A DNA stretch of 64,000 nucleotides. Source: Nymphaea colorata (Eukaryota). The stretch covers positions 24,738,001-24,802,000 of the forward strand of contig NC_045138.2 in NCBI RefSeq assembly GCF_008831285.2. The letters run 5' to 3'. The position numbers and the translations under genes are program-made. This document shows positions 11,572 through 25,564 of the stretch, one piece after another. Position 1 is the first letter of the stretch. Each line of letters begins with the position of its first letter. The notes below the pieces were generated by a model. The model was not told where the DNA came from. It worked only from the letters and a program-made list of their open reading frames with translations, and searched no databases.

Positions 11572-14500
11572 TTACATGTTGAGCTCTTTGCGTAAGCTAC
11601 AAACATTGGGAACTGATCCTCCGTTGGTATTTCTCATAATGCCATTGCCTAGAAAATCATTCAGCATTTCAGACGGATCCCTTGAACCACCATATTGAAG
11701 GAACTTCGTTCTTAGTATCGAACCAGCTGATAAGGATAGCGGCTCGTCATTGAAGACCTTTTGCCATATTGTAGCAGCAAAACACTTGGCATACAAGTAG
11801 CTGTAATAACCTAAAGCATCATAATCACTTATTATTTTACCAGCAAAACAGTTAGTTGTAATAACTGAAAACATCATAATCACATATTATTTTACTAAAA
11901 GAAAACGAATGTCTAAAAGATTTTCTATATATTGTTTACCAGCTCCATAGTTTATAAGATGGTTGAATCGAGTATGCCAATGTGTCCCCTCTACATAACC
12001 CCAACTGGTATACTTTCTTGTTAGATCCGCAACCATATCAATTGTGTCTGTTGGAGTTGATGATTGCTCCCCAAAAAGTTTTTGATCCATTGCTGAATAG
12101 AATATCTGAGGAATAAATGACATTAAGAAGAATGATGCACATTGATCAAATTCCACAATTGAAAATTTACCTGACGCTGCAAATCTGTTGCAACAAACAT
12201 ATTCTTGGCAGAATTCATTGAAGCTACCAAGTTTTCAGGAATTATTTCGCCAGAGGAATAATGCCTAGCAAACCTCTTCAGAACCCGATAATCCCATGCA
12301 AAATACCTATGATGCACAAAACCCAAAATATGAATTACTCAACAATTGTGAGATTTCCTGAAAATGCCATAGTGAAGACCAACACATGTGCTCAAAATGA
12401 CCATGTACAAGGGTAAGGTACAATTCATAATAGAACAAAACCAGCATTTGAAATCACTCTAATGCAAGAAGCCCAAATCATATTCCACTACTTGAGGAAA
12501 CAAAGAAGTTCATGCAGGAATCGTGCACCAAAGTTGCATAAAAAATCATAGGAAGGAAGGACTCTAACCGCCAAAGGAAAAATAAATAAAGACGAAAGCT
12601 ATATGTATTCTAAAGGTTTTGCTTGCATTCTCCACTTGCACAAACTATCAGCATTATCATCTTTCTTCTAGAGGACGAGTCTATACAGATTAGTTTTGAA
12701 TTCACCAAAGGGACACTCTTTAATATTCTGTGTTCATATCCAACCACTGTATTGAGCGACAACTTTGCGTGCTATAATGGATCTTCAGATTATTTATTTA
12801 TCAAAATGAAGAAAATAAACTAGGATTAGCCTTTCTGCAAGTCAACATCTTGGTTTTGCTTGGTTTATACTTTATACACATTATGGGATCAACAAATTCA
12901 CCTATACCAGCTTATCTACATGAGACTGCTGTTTGATTGGTACTCCCATCTCAAGTAACAAGATTTTATAAATTTTGAAGCAAAAAGATTGTTGTGACAA
13001 TTGTCCGAGGAAAGTACAAAAGTGGACTTTTTGCCTTGAGGCTAAGTCACATGAGTATGGGTACAATTTGGGTACCCGTATGAAGATACATGTACGGTGA
13101 CACAGGTACGTGAACCTTACTGAAGTACCTATGTGACTTACCCTTTAGGATTATAGCCTACTTATAACATGAAAGGTTTAAAATTCTAAAACACTGATTA
13201 TTTATTGTCAACAAGATTCTGATTCTAGAGTTACTTTTCACATTTGCATATCTAATTTAAAGTAAGTCAGACAGTATCATGCGACATGCATCTTTAAATG
13301 GGGCAGCTTCTAAAGGACCAAATTCGAGCAGTCAATCATTTCTTGTTCTATAATACATTCCACAAACTAAACAAGTTCTTTCAAAGGAGGAAGGAAAAAC
13401 TATCTCATGTCATCTGCATCTCAAGAACAGACACTAATGATATATACACACAAAAATGCAGTGGAAAAATATAATACTCACTCAAAGAGGTTGGCAGGTG
13501 TTTCAGCTAAATCAAGAACCATTCTAGTACCTGAAAAGTGTTGATAGTCCTAAAAAGGGTGTGAACCTTAGTTAGCAAAATTATTTTAACATCATTCTTG
13601 GAAACATAGAAGGGCAATAGATGTTGTTACCGTTCTTGATAGGAGAGAATGGAGAGCATGGCCAAACTCATGAAATAGTGTCTCTACTTCCCAATGATTA
13701 AGATTGGAAGTTGATGGCCCTGGTCTGGCAGAGAAGTTGCAGACTAGTGCGACTACCTAGGAAAATCATTTCTTGCAGTTAAAGAGGGAAATAACCATAA
13801 AACTTCACTATGGACACTAAGGTTCCAGCCAACTCAAGTTTTTTTTTAAAAAAAAAAAAAACCATTTCCAAACCACATTTTTATTTCTAGTGGTATTTTC
13901 AACAGCATTACAGTTTCACTGATCTAGTCGCTAAGAAATTAAACAAACAATGACATGGGAACACTTTAGATGTTAAAAGTATAATATATCAATATTAATA
14001 CTTCTAGTGATGGTGTAACTTACTGGAAGTTGGTACTGCGTTTTGGAGAGTTTTCTTCCACCTTTGATAGCAAAATGAGCACAACCTGGGAACTTGTCCT
14101 TTCTACTGTACAAATCAAGATATAGGAAACCCAAGTCACCCTATAACAAAAGCATGCAAACGTTTAAAAAAATATCAGTCATCTCGAAAAGAAAAATGAA
14201 AAAAAAAAAAATAACTTGGTGCTCGACTAGAAACATATTTCAATGTCATGATAAAGTATATTAACCAACAGAAAGATAATTGGAATAATGATGTATCCTA
14301 TAAAAGAAAATTTACAACCTCATTAGGGTGATGGAATAACAGCTTAACCACATTTGGATGCCATGATTCCCCCGGTGCAAGAGAAACATTGTAAAATGTT
14401 GCACCAAATAATGACTCCACAATAACTTTAAGGCCCTCAAGGCATTGAGATAATGGGAAATAAGATGCTACAACCTGTTGACATATCATTAATAAGATAT

Positions 14501-17500
14501 ATTCTGGAAAGCAAGCAGCTATTTTGAGAAGTTAGTACCAAATTGTGCACAACTATTACAAATCTCCCTACGTGCACAAAAAGTGATGTAGGAGAAGAAA
14601 TCCCTTACAAACCGTTATGTGAGAAAAAGTTACCGTTGGATCTATTTCATAGGCTGAAGATTTGATAATTCCTTTGAAATATGCTTCATCCCATGGCTGT
14701 ACATCTCCGCTTGCATCTCCACAAAATTGAGATTTGACTTTCCTTATGATTTCCACCTCCTAAATTGAAGCTAAACATTGTTAGCACTCAATTTTTCAAG
14801 TTCTAGAATTGAGAAGATAATCAAGAAGTACCTTATCTGCTCGATCCTTAACAATATTGCTCAGTTCAAGCAAGAATCCCATTACAACATCCGGAGACGA
14901 TGCCATTGTAGGTTGCAATGCAAATTCAGCATAAGACTTATACCCCATTATCTACAGCAATCATTGAGTAGAATAACAAGTGGAATGGATCGTACCAATT
15001 TGATACACCTCAAAAGAAAATGGGTAACCACAAGATGATGATTCAAAAATGAATGAATAAAGAAAATAGAAAATTGGTGCTTATTATTGCATCTCAAAAG
15101 AATGAAAAAAACTAATAAATGATGTTATGCAGTCTAAGCAAAATGAATTGGCAAGACAAAAAATTGTTCCTACTTGCAAAGGCAGCCAGCCAGGTGACAA
15201 ATTATAAGTATGCATTGGAAATAGATATATAGAATACATAAAATAGCATGCACCAGACAGCTCTTTACAACATTAGTTGTATGTGCAATTCGCTATATGA
15301 TATCCACAAGAAGCAGCTGTTGAAACAGGATTGACAAACGCAAGCTTCACAAAAGAATTGTTAATGTTATAGATTTGGAAAGGCACAGGTTCTGTATAAA
15401 GAAATTTGTAGCAAGCACATGGCCTCTTATTATAGATGAAAACCTGGGCATTGGGCCGGCCCGACATCCAAAACCCAGGCCCGGGCCCAGGACCAAGCTG
15501 ACTCGAAAAACCCGAGCCCGAGCCCAGCTCGATTAAATTTAAAAATATATTTTTAAATAAAAAAATATAAATATAATTAATCATAATAAATTATTATTAT
15601 TAAAAATTAAAAAAAAAACAAAAAACAAAAAAACTCATTATCGGGCCAACTCAGGCTTATTGGGCCAGCCCAGGTTCCTTTTTTTGGGTTCGAGCCCGAA
15701 TCGGGCCGGGTACCAGGTATCCAGCGGCGGCCCGACCCGGTGCCCAGGCCTGTCTATACATGGGCATATCGACATGAGGTGGGATGGTGTCATGGTGTTC
15801 AGCTGAAAAAAGTGGACATATCCATCAATATTGTGTCCTGCCAAATTTTTACCCCACAAACTCTATTAGTATGAAAAAAAAAAATCTAATAAACTCTATC
15901 ACTATCCAAACCTAAAGTTTTGTTTAGCATGAGTGATGAGAAAAGTAGCAAAAGATAATTATGGACAGCAAAATAGCCTTACCTGTGCAAGCTCATGACG
16001 AGCTGCTATAAGCTTATCAAGTACGGATAGATTCGCAAATGGAGCAGAGTGTCCTGTAATATATGCTCGTTTCCTGACCTGCACATAAGCTTTTTACATG
16101 GATTTAAGATACTTCTACATACTATTATGATAGCAAACAAAAAGCCAACCTAACCATCGAAAGTGGATACTTATGTTGAGCTGAAAAAAATGGGGTTCGG
16201 AGCCCTTTTAGTTATTTTTTAGTGGAAAAGAACAATAGCCATCATTCCTCTATTTAGTAACCAGTAAGTTTTTTGGATAATTGCACTTGCCGGTGCAAGA
16301 TATGCATATCTAAATTTTATTTTTTGCACCTAGTTAAAAGCAACATCGATGGGTTTGAACCACTGTCACAAATATCCTTCTTGGGAAAATCTTGGCGAGG
16401 GTTTTCTCGAGTATTTTTCAGTGAAGTTGTTCTTTACAAGTAAATGTCGGGCAATTAAAAGTATGAAAATCTCAGGAAAATTTGTGCAAAAATCGCGATA
16501 AATTCTGAAAATTTTCATTTTTTGCAAGATTTTCAAAATCTCGTGATTTTTTTTCTTTTTTTCATGTTATTTGATTTTTTAATAAATATCACTATATTTT
16601 CAAAATTCTCGTGATATTTGTGACAATGGTTCACTTTGAACCACCATAAACACATAATGGTTCAATTACATTTACTCTCCCATTGGCATGTAAAAAGAAG
16701 ATCTACGGCATTCTTTCAAATATTACAAGAAGAAGCTCTCAACCAAGAATTCATAATGCACTGGGATAAAAAGATAAGTTCAAATCAGCATGTAAACTCA
16801 ATGTACCTCTGCATCATTTGTCCATTTCAATATGGAGGAGAGAGTGCCCTCATCTGTTGTAATCCTAAACCCACTTTCTTTTATCATGCTCGAAGATTCT
16901 ACTGATAGTTTCACAGAACCAGACTTTGTGCAATAGATGCGTTGAAGAATATGATGTAGACTTTTTGGGACACGTGAAGAAGGAAATACATCAAACTGAC
17001 CTGGGTCATTCACTATATTTTCATTGAACCTGACAAAAACCGAAGAGGAGAAAAAATGACACAGTAGTCGTAGTCAACATCTAACTACTAAAGACTAAAA
17101 AATTGAGGACAGGGGCTGCTCATTGAATACAAGTGAAAGAAAACTACTTAATGACAAAATGTAGGACCAACCACTTTCACTATTAGCAATTAAACCAAAA
17201 CCAAACTAGACTTCCAGAAGTGGGTTATGATATATGATCCCATGGAGTATGTAATTAAAATAAAAATGAATAACACAAGTTGGTAGACATGTCCTTCCCA
17301 GAAAAACACATAACCTATGTGTTAGGACCAAAAGGATCTTTAAGCTTCTAAAGGTAACGGCCCATGTAAATCAAGGATTCTAATTAATCGATTAAAGCAA
17401 CTATTATAAATAAGATAAACCACAATAAAATGTCATAATCTGGTAGCTTGAGTTACAGACACATACTCTCTCCCTAACCGAGCAATTTCAGCATTTATCT

Positions 17501-18799
17501 TATCCACCCGATCTAACTTCCCTGCAAGATAGGGATATCAAGAATCACAATCATCTTCATTTGATATTAACATGATAGGACAGGTGATGGCATGCTTACC
17601 AGCACAAAGATGGATGCCTCCCTTCTCAAAGTCAGTCCGTAAAGTATGAGCTGCTCTTTGAGCTTCAACAGTTGTCAGCACCCCTTCCGTTTCTGCTTTA
17701 ACGACTGCATCGTAAAGACTCTGATTTGTGTTTAGCAGCTGCAAAAGATCTCAGAAGAGGAGAAAAATTTTTCAATCTGTTAATAGAAGCATGAACGCAA
17801 CCTTTTAGAAGGCGGAAATTTTTCATATTTTCCCAATATTATAATTTAAGTATGGAAAACCAAATGCCTTAGCCGTTTTAGAGGCACCAATACGGTTTAA
17901 GCTTTAACATGTTTGTCAGCTGACTAGTACACGACTCTACTATTACATCCATCTTCATTTTTAAAAGTTCAAGGAGAAAAAAAAAAAGGAAAAAACTTCA
18001 ATGTAGCATCGGTATCAAAATCGACAAATAAAGCATTTATGAAGAACTAGACTATAACGAATAACTCACAAGTATAATAACTAATTATGACATCAAAACG
18101 ACGAGGGAAGAACACGACTTACGTGTAAAAAAGCATTCATTTCTACGGATGCTTTATCTGCCTCCTTGACAAATTCGCTGAAAACCAGGCAACAGTTATC
18201 AAGATGTCCATGCATCCCGGAGAAAGAAACCAATGTATGTTTCAACTTTCAAGTAACCTGTCCGGGTGCGTATTTCTGCACAGCTCCGCAGAGTCCACGA
18301 CAGAGCAGACCTGAGGAACAAAGAACAGAAGCACCACCTTCATTCTTGGAAAGAGCAGAACAAATAAACGACTAACAACACCATTTCTTGAAAGTCATAC
18401 CGTATCTGATATCTCATCCATGGCCCTAATGACATCTTCCGAGGGAGGAAGCCTCGAAATGTAAGCAATAAGTTCTTCTGATCTGGAAAAAGACCCATTT
18501 TGTTCTCTAAGTTGCTTCCTAACGTGAGTAAAACAAAACGGAACGAAAAGGAGATGGAAATGGGCAGTCTATTTTTGGTACCTCTTGATCGCATCCTTCA
18601 CTAAATAACGGAATCCTTTGGGCGTCTTCAGTTGTTCGAAACCATAAAGGCCAGTCTCGGCCTGCTGGTGGGCGGTTGGTGAAGTGAGTATGGAAGGTGA
18701 AACTGAATCTGCTCGCCCAAAGTGGTACGAGCGAGAGAGCGCCTTCCTCCTGATCAGCCATAGCCGAGAAGAAAGGGCGGTGAATCGGCATCCCACCAT
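11572..18799 (-). CDS. OCT1: Mitochondrial intermediate peptidase (M3A metallopeptidase, OCT1/MIP), about 17 exons
   Basis: Arg/Ser-rich presequence followed by TGLYGF..LKTPKGF, VVDSAELCRNTHPD, DFEKGGIHL, YFPLSQCLEGL, the zinc motif LFHEFGHALH (~13650-13680), HWHTRFNHLINYGAGYYSYLYAKCFA and a stop at 11572. GT-AG introns. Confidence 0.93.
15443..15748. mobile_element. Non-autonomous TIR element (hAT-like MITE) in a peptidase intron
   Basis: Imperfect inverted ends cctgggcattgggccgg / ccgacccggtgcccagg, GC-rich subterminal GCCCG/CGGGC repeats and an AT-rich core. Confidence 0.7.
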
Positions 18800-19630
18800 C
18801 TATCGTCTAAAGTCTCCTCACTCCCGCCCCCTCTCTCCCTCACTCCCGCCCCCTCTCTCCCTCACTCCCTCCCTCGATTTCTCTCGCGTGCTGCGCGAAT
18901 CGCCAAAATGACCTCACGGCTCACTCGTGCTGCCCCAGCCCCTAACCTACGAGGGAAGGGTAACGGTCCGAACTTTGTTTCGATATCTGATCTTAACCCG
19001 AAACAGAACTAAGTGTGATTGGATTTGGTAAAATCTGATTAGATGATATTACAGTCATTGTTACTCGAAACCAGCTTCTTTTAATCTAATTTCTTCTCAC
19101 TCTATTGATTTCTAGCTTTAATGTAATGTATTCTTATATAATATGAACTTTTTAATTGACATTTCACCTTTCGTATTCTTTTCATGTAAAATTTAAACAC
19201 TACTTTTCATGTAAAATTTAAATACTATCTGCTTAGGTTGGGTTCAACATCCAAACTGAACCTAAAACTTGAACTCAAATGGAACTAACTGAATGAATCA
19301 TGGACTAAACTGCTTTTTCTTGTTCTCAAATATGGTCGATTCTGGAGCGGGACTGGTGTAGCTGACAAATAGTGACAATGGTTCAACCAAGAATAATCCG
19401 GAAAAGAAAAATTGATAGCAATGGAATCCAGATCTGGAGAAATGAAGCGGTCCACGATCCAAACATTTACTGGATCAGTTTCTGGAGAATAATATCCGAC
19501 CTGTTCCCGCAACCAAGCTGGAACGCGGACATCGCCTTTTTTTAGCGCCATCGATAAATTTCCTCCCGCCCCGATTTTTCCCTTTCCTTTCAAAAAATTT
19601 CATCCAAACTTTCCCCTGAACAGCACGTCC
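18800..19630. promoter_or_regulatory. Short divergent intergenic region, candidate bidirectional promoter
   Basis: Head-to-head ATGs at 18799 (-) and 19631 (+), about 830 bp apart including both 5' UTRs. Confidence 0.5.
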
Positions 19631-22600
19631 ATGGAGGATTTCGAGCCACCGTCTTTCTCCCTCGGCTTCGATGCCCTTGATGAGGATCAGCATCGAGACG
19701 AAACCCCAACTCGTCAAGTCGGAGCGCCAGAACCGAGTTTCGATTTGTTACTGGAAGATGAAGGGCAAGAAGAAGAGGATCCTCCGCCTCCTGTTTTGAA
19801 GCGGCTGAAGAGAGGCCCTTCTTCTCCGCCACGCCCTCGGTCTGCGCCGGATGATCCCGTGTCGGAGGTCCTCTCTGATGCTGATGACGAGATCGAGAAT
19901 TTCTCGAAGTTGTCGTCACCGGAAGATCGTTGCAAAGGTAAAAACATGGGTGTTTGTGGCTTCCAACGTCGAATGTTTTTCCTTTATAGGGTTTCTTTAT
20001 TCATTTTCTTTCTTGAGGGGCCGCTCCGCTGTTGTTCGGGAATCGGCATTTTGTGGTTTTATCATTGTGTGCATAGTTTTAGGTCGAAATTTTTTATCGT
20101 GAATGTTGGTACAGTATTACGTTCCTTTTAAATTGATCGCGGAAGTATACCTACCTGATGGATAATTAGGGGAAACGATCTTAGGTTTTGGCTTCTCTCT
20201 TTAATCTTCTTCAGCAGTTTACGGAAGAGTTTGATTTTATGGTCTCTCGATTGGTAAATCTATCAACAAATTGTTGAACAAGGTTCAGGGTTTGTATCGC
20301 AACAGGCGTGACATTGAATGAAACGTTAAATCGTGAACTGTTTGTACATTACATTTGATCCGGTTCTTGATTGGAATTCTTGTCTTCTTTCTCGTTCTCT
20401 GAATCTGAAACTTTATGTGTCAAATATGTTTTTCAACTCAAGGAGAAAAAGTGAATTCCGTGTTTAATCTTACCCCATCATCTTTTTGCTCTCTGGTTTT
20501 TTAGTCGTCAGAATTTTTTTTCTTATTAGGTGGAGTAGCCAATGGCCTTTTGCGTTCATTTGTTCGTGACCACGGGGTCATAGGCGTAGATTCGGATAAA
20601 GTTATTGCTGTTAGTCCTAGTGTTAACCCTACGACCCTGGCAGTTTTGGTACTGATCAAATCCTCGGAAGTGCCTCGTCATTTGCTCTTTTAGCGTATTT
20701 CATGACGCAGTAAGAGCTTTGCACCAGCTAGCTAAAGCATTTATGTCTTTTATGTGCTGAATCACCTCTCTCTGTTTATTAGCATAAAACAACTATTTTA
20801 CTGATACACTTTCCCCCGTCCTTTCAGCTCAAAAAATTTCAGTCTGTAGCAGCTCAAAGATTTCATTGCGCTCCCAGAGTGTCTTGACTTCTCAATCAAC
20901 AGGTGGATCCAGTGTGAAAAGAAGTTCAGCTGTTCCTAAGACCTCCATACTTTCAAAATCTTCTGCCACTACCACCAAATCAATGCTCTCGTCAGCATTT
21001 AACAGTCCTCTGAGAAGAATCCAACTACTTGATTCTGATTCTGACGAACCTTCGCCTTCCAAGGATACATGCAGAATTGGGCATAGAGCGGAGGCATCCG
21101 TGGGGAACCCCAAATCTTCCCAGAGTGATATGCTCCCAAAAACATCAGGTGTGACGGCCTCTTCCAAGTCGAACCCTTTGGAGACCTTTTGGAAAGATTT
21201 CAATGAAAAGCAACCTATAAGTTTGGCAACGCCTGCTCTTGATGAGTTCTGTCAAGAACATTTCAGTTCTACGAAAGGTAAGGAGGTGGTGCACAGCGAG
21301 AAAATACATGCAGATGCTGGAAGCACTAGGTCACGTTTCTCGGGTAAATTTGGTGGTGCAGGAATAAGCTGCTCCCAAAAAAAAAAGACTCGTGACAAAG
21401 AAGAACGCTTTGGGGACTTGTGTAATGGTATTCCTCCTGCTTGTCGTTACTTCTATCATCATGATCCTAGGATCCGGAATCTCGTATCTGGAAGACTAGC
21501 AAATTTTCGCCCTCTTGGGTATGAGAATAATGGGACAAATGATTTGGCAGGGGAGAGAGTTATTGATTACATGTAATGTCCGCCTTCCCTCTTTTCTTGC
21601 AAATTCTATTTCCTTTTCATCTTTCCGAAGGCCTGGATTTGGATGAAATGACGTGCTCTCTTTCTGACATGCAGGAGTCAGTTTGGACAAAAGGAAACTC
21701 CGGTCAAGGTGACCAAAGCTCGTGGATGTTCAAACAGGAGATCTTCGAGCGACAGCAAAAAATCTTCAAAGGCAATTGACCCTCTAGGGACAACAGGATG
21801 GGTGAACCCGAAAAGCTCTGCGACAGTTCCAAGAGATGCTGGTAAGAGGAGAGTTCAAGCCGTAGGTTCTGCAGGCCACTGGTATACTGGCCAAGATGGA
21901 AGAAAGGTACTTGAAATTATAAGAAATTGTTAAATAATTTGAAAGCGAATAGCTATTCTCCTGCCGCTTGGCATATAGAGCCATGAGAATCTCTTCATTC
22001 CTTTTGACTGTATCAAGCGATGGCTCATAATGAAGCTGTCTGTTTGTGTTAGAAAATGCTAGTGCAGAACTCATTAGTGTCTTTAATTTTTCTTCAGGTA
22101 TATGTTTCAAAATCTGGACAAGAGTTGACTGGCCGAGTTGCATACAGCAATTACAGAAAGGTATTTCCTGCATTGGCTCCTTGGGTGAGATTTTGATTGC
22201 TTGAAATTCAAAGAAATCCTATCATGTTACTTTTTTTTTCAGTTTTCTGGCATTACTTGTTCTCTTGTTCTTACAAATATAGGAATTATCTTCGTGATAA
22301 TAGTAGATTAGGTTTCCATACCAATGTAAATAAATGCTGTGTTAAAATTTAATGTTATTTTCTGTCCTTGCCTATTGCGCATAGACGTTCTCTGAAAACT
22401 TGGGGCACCATTGCTAGTCATTTTATGTCTTGATCATCAGTCTCATGTTTGACAACTAGGTATATTTTCTCAGATTTCTTGTGGGAAATTAACATTGGAA
22501 TTTTAGCCAAGTTCCGTGCTCATTAAAGGTTGTGGCCCAAGCCTTTAAACAAAATACTGTACTAAACAGTAAATACTGCTCCTGATGCAAATTCTGCACT

Positions 22601-23083
22601 GGTGATTAGTGAAAAGTAAGACAATCTTCTTTGCTTTAACATATGAGTGCTTGCACTGCAGAAGCTGAATTATGAAGAAGGCAAGCTTTAGGCTTGTTTG
22701 ACCAAATGATATTTATTTATCAATGAAAGAGCTAATGAGAAGATGTTTTGAGTAGCACAAAGAAATGTTCATAACGAAAATTTTTTATGTTTGCAGTTGC
22801 TCCATGTTGATAAACCAAGTTATGAGCTTGATAATCCTCTCTCACATGCTTCGCTTGTATTTCATGTCTGTTCCCATGACCGTCGTGCCCTTTTTCTCCG
22901 CCAAACTGAAAATTGATTATCTTTCTCCCCTTTTTCATTTTTTACTAGTACAGTCCATTTTACCTGTTTCAACTGTTTGGCTTTACTGTTTGGTTTTTAT
23001 CCTAAAAGTTATTTTACTTGCAGGAAAGCGGAAAGGGTTTCAAAAAGAGGAAGAAGCCGGCCGCAAAGAAGAAATCAAAGTGA
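19631..23083 (+). CDS. Conserved plant protein of unknown function; exons ~19631-19937, 20828-21572, 21675-21906, 22098-22160, 23024-23083
   Basis: Phase-consistent GT-AG exons. Motifs MEDFEPPSFSLGFD, SPLRRIQLLDSDSD, TPALDEFCQEHF, YFYHHDPRIRNLV, GHWYTGQDGRKVYVSKSGQELTGRVAY and a basic tail KKRKKPAAKKKSK. Confidence 0.82.
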
Positions 23084-25564
23084 TAGGGAATTTCCTATTG
23101 GACGCCCTCATAATGTTGCTGGTCTCTCTAGTCGTCACGCCGGCCTACCATTGGCTGTACCGAGTTTTGAGAGATTTAAAACTTGGGATTCGACCCGTTA
23201 CAACGCCACAGGGAATTTGTTATGGCCGAGAATGTGGATGTATCGCAGGTAACATGCTGTCCTCTGGCTGATTTCAGTGATGAATGTTACATGTTTCCAT
23301 AATGTAATTGTCTCGATGTCTGAAATAAAGAGTTAAAAGTTTACAAAAGGACCCTAACCTTTCTCCAATCGACAAAAGCTGCCCAAACGTTTAACATTCA
23401 AATGTCTGATGATTGTAGGTAGTTCTCAAATAAACGTCTTTACCTACCACCATCCATTTAACCATATTTAATCACAAACTAATGAGATGAAATGGTCGAC
23501 TCCGTAAGGCCTGACTTGTGCGATCACTCCTTCGAGTCTCTTGAGTTTTCTCTGGGATAAGGGACAACGTTCAAAGCTTGCCACTTGCAGAAGCTTTTGA
23601 AGGTCTGCCAGTTATTCGCGATCTTTCTCTTGTTACATCTCCGGCTCTATCTCCTACTGTTACCAGCTACGATAAAACTCGTCTTTTCTCGTCATCATCC
23701 GTTGTTCCTATTGGCCACCAGCCTCTTTTAATCTAGTTCTAGTGGTATTTCTTTGGCTGTTGCCTTCCTCCGTTTATGCCATGGTCCACTCTAGATGAGG
23801 CGATCTTTTTTACCCCGATTTTCATGAGCCGGCCACTGACCTCTGATTATTCCATGCTCATAAAATCAAATGCTTGCTCGTTCCCGCCACTGCAACCCGT
23901 AATGCTGGTGGTCATGGTACATTGGTATTGGTTCTATTATGTTATAACTTTATCATCAATTTAAATTAAACCCTGAGGAATATGGTTAGTGAGCAGACAA
24001 TCTCGATGGCTAATAATGTTAGGCACCGAGAGACGGAACAGGCTGATGGTGATAATTCTCTTGAACATTGCTGCATGAATCGTATACTCCGTACATTTTT
24101 TTGGATTGGGTTGTCTAAACTTTTTTGTTGTTTTCTTTCTCTTTTGGCCGCTATAAGCATTAGTATTTTTGTTTTGCACCTTAGAAGGAAGGTGACTTAT
24201 TCTATCCACACTTCAATATCAAGGCCTATAAATTGAGAGAAACTGCAAATTAGCCTTACAATGAATGTTGCTTAAAAAAGGAAACCAAACTCCGAAGATT
24301 GAAACATTTACCACCTTCACCATATTTGAATCTTACAGAGCCTCATCAGAAGCTGAACAACAAATTTTTTGTTGTAAACGAAAAAAGTAGGGAAGAAGGA
24401 TTATGGAGGAATGAAGCAGCCAAATTCTTGAAAGCAAGAAGCATGAGAGATGAGGGGTTCCTCTCTGGGAAATGTTTTGAGCCACATTACACGAGCCAAA
24501 TCCTTGGAGCAATACTGCGAGAAATATTCTATGAAACGCAGAAGGCTACATGTAATTTCCCAAACGTTCTTGGGTGCACATTTTTTTGTAAACTAAACCA
24601 ACTTTTAGATGGTTTTTGTAATTTGTTCACGAAAAATTTGCCTAATGTCCGCGAACAGTAACTCACGAACACTAACTGAAGTTGGACCCAGTTTCATGTC
24701 GCAGATCAGTATTTAGATGCTCCTTACGCAAGGGATGGTGTCCTAAAGGAGGTTATAATTTTGTCTCTCGAAGTTCTCGGCAAAATATTTGTTAAGGTTA
24801 AAGTTTAAAAGTACATAATGCATATATTATATCAGGACTTGAAGTTTCTATACTATATAATAAAATAATTACCTTTGGTAATTGTGTAGGGGAAAACTTT
24901 TTTAGGGCCTACGTTTTCCTCATAAATTATTTTGCGTATCTTTTTTATTAAGCACCATAAAAATTGCCAAAAACTGTAAACTTTATTAACGCGAGAAATA
25001 AAATTTAGTAACTGCAATTCTTTTCAAATTTCGAATATTAGAACACTTCATTCTTTCCACCTACATTATTTTGTTTTTCAGGCTAAGGTTCGATTCACAC
25101 TCATTTGATAGTTCTCATAAAAAAAATCCATGTTTGTTAGAAAAATCACAAAATGTGATCTCTTTTAGTAATTACTCATAAGTGGTTTTCTAAAACCGTT
25201 TTCCTAATCCTTTTGGGCGCATCTACTCTTCTGTTTTCTTATCCGCGGTTGTCATCTTTCTTTGAGTGTTCTTTGGGTTTTCCTTGTGCTTAGTGGGTTA
25301 AGTGCCCTGAACAACTGGTTTTTGTGCACATGCTGATCTGAAAGAAGGCGGATTGCCTATGAGAGAAGAGCAAATAGTACTTCATTCCCAAAATCTTAAT
25401 TAAGACGCGATACACAATTAAAAGAAAAACACAAGAAAAAAAAATAATGCAGGATACAACAGTTACATAATTGAGATAATTAGTTCAAACAGAAACACAC
25501 ATCGTCTTTGGAATGCAGGCTACGGGGATATGTATCGATGACATTGCAGAGATAATGAAGATGG

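Noticed and set aside
22765..23271. 168-aa membrane-like ORF
   Set aside because: It consists of T-rich intron plus the last exon of the 19631 gene read in another frame.
23940..24070. Faint resemblance to a copia gag N-terminus
   Set aside because: It needs stops and frameshifts, and no downstream motifs support it.
24299..24661. 120-aa ORF, and the 126-aa ORF at 38275-38655, antisense to the NLR 3' flanks
   Set aside because: The reading frames are not conserved between the two paralogous copies.
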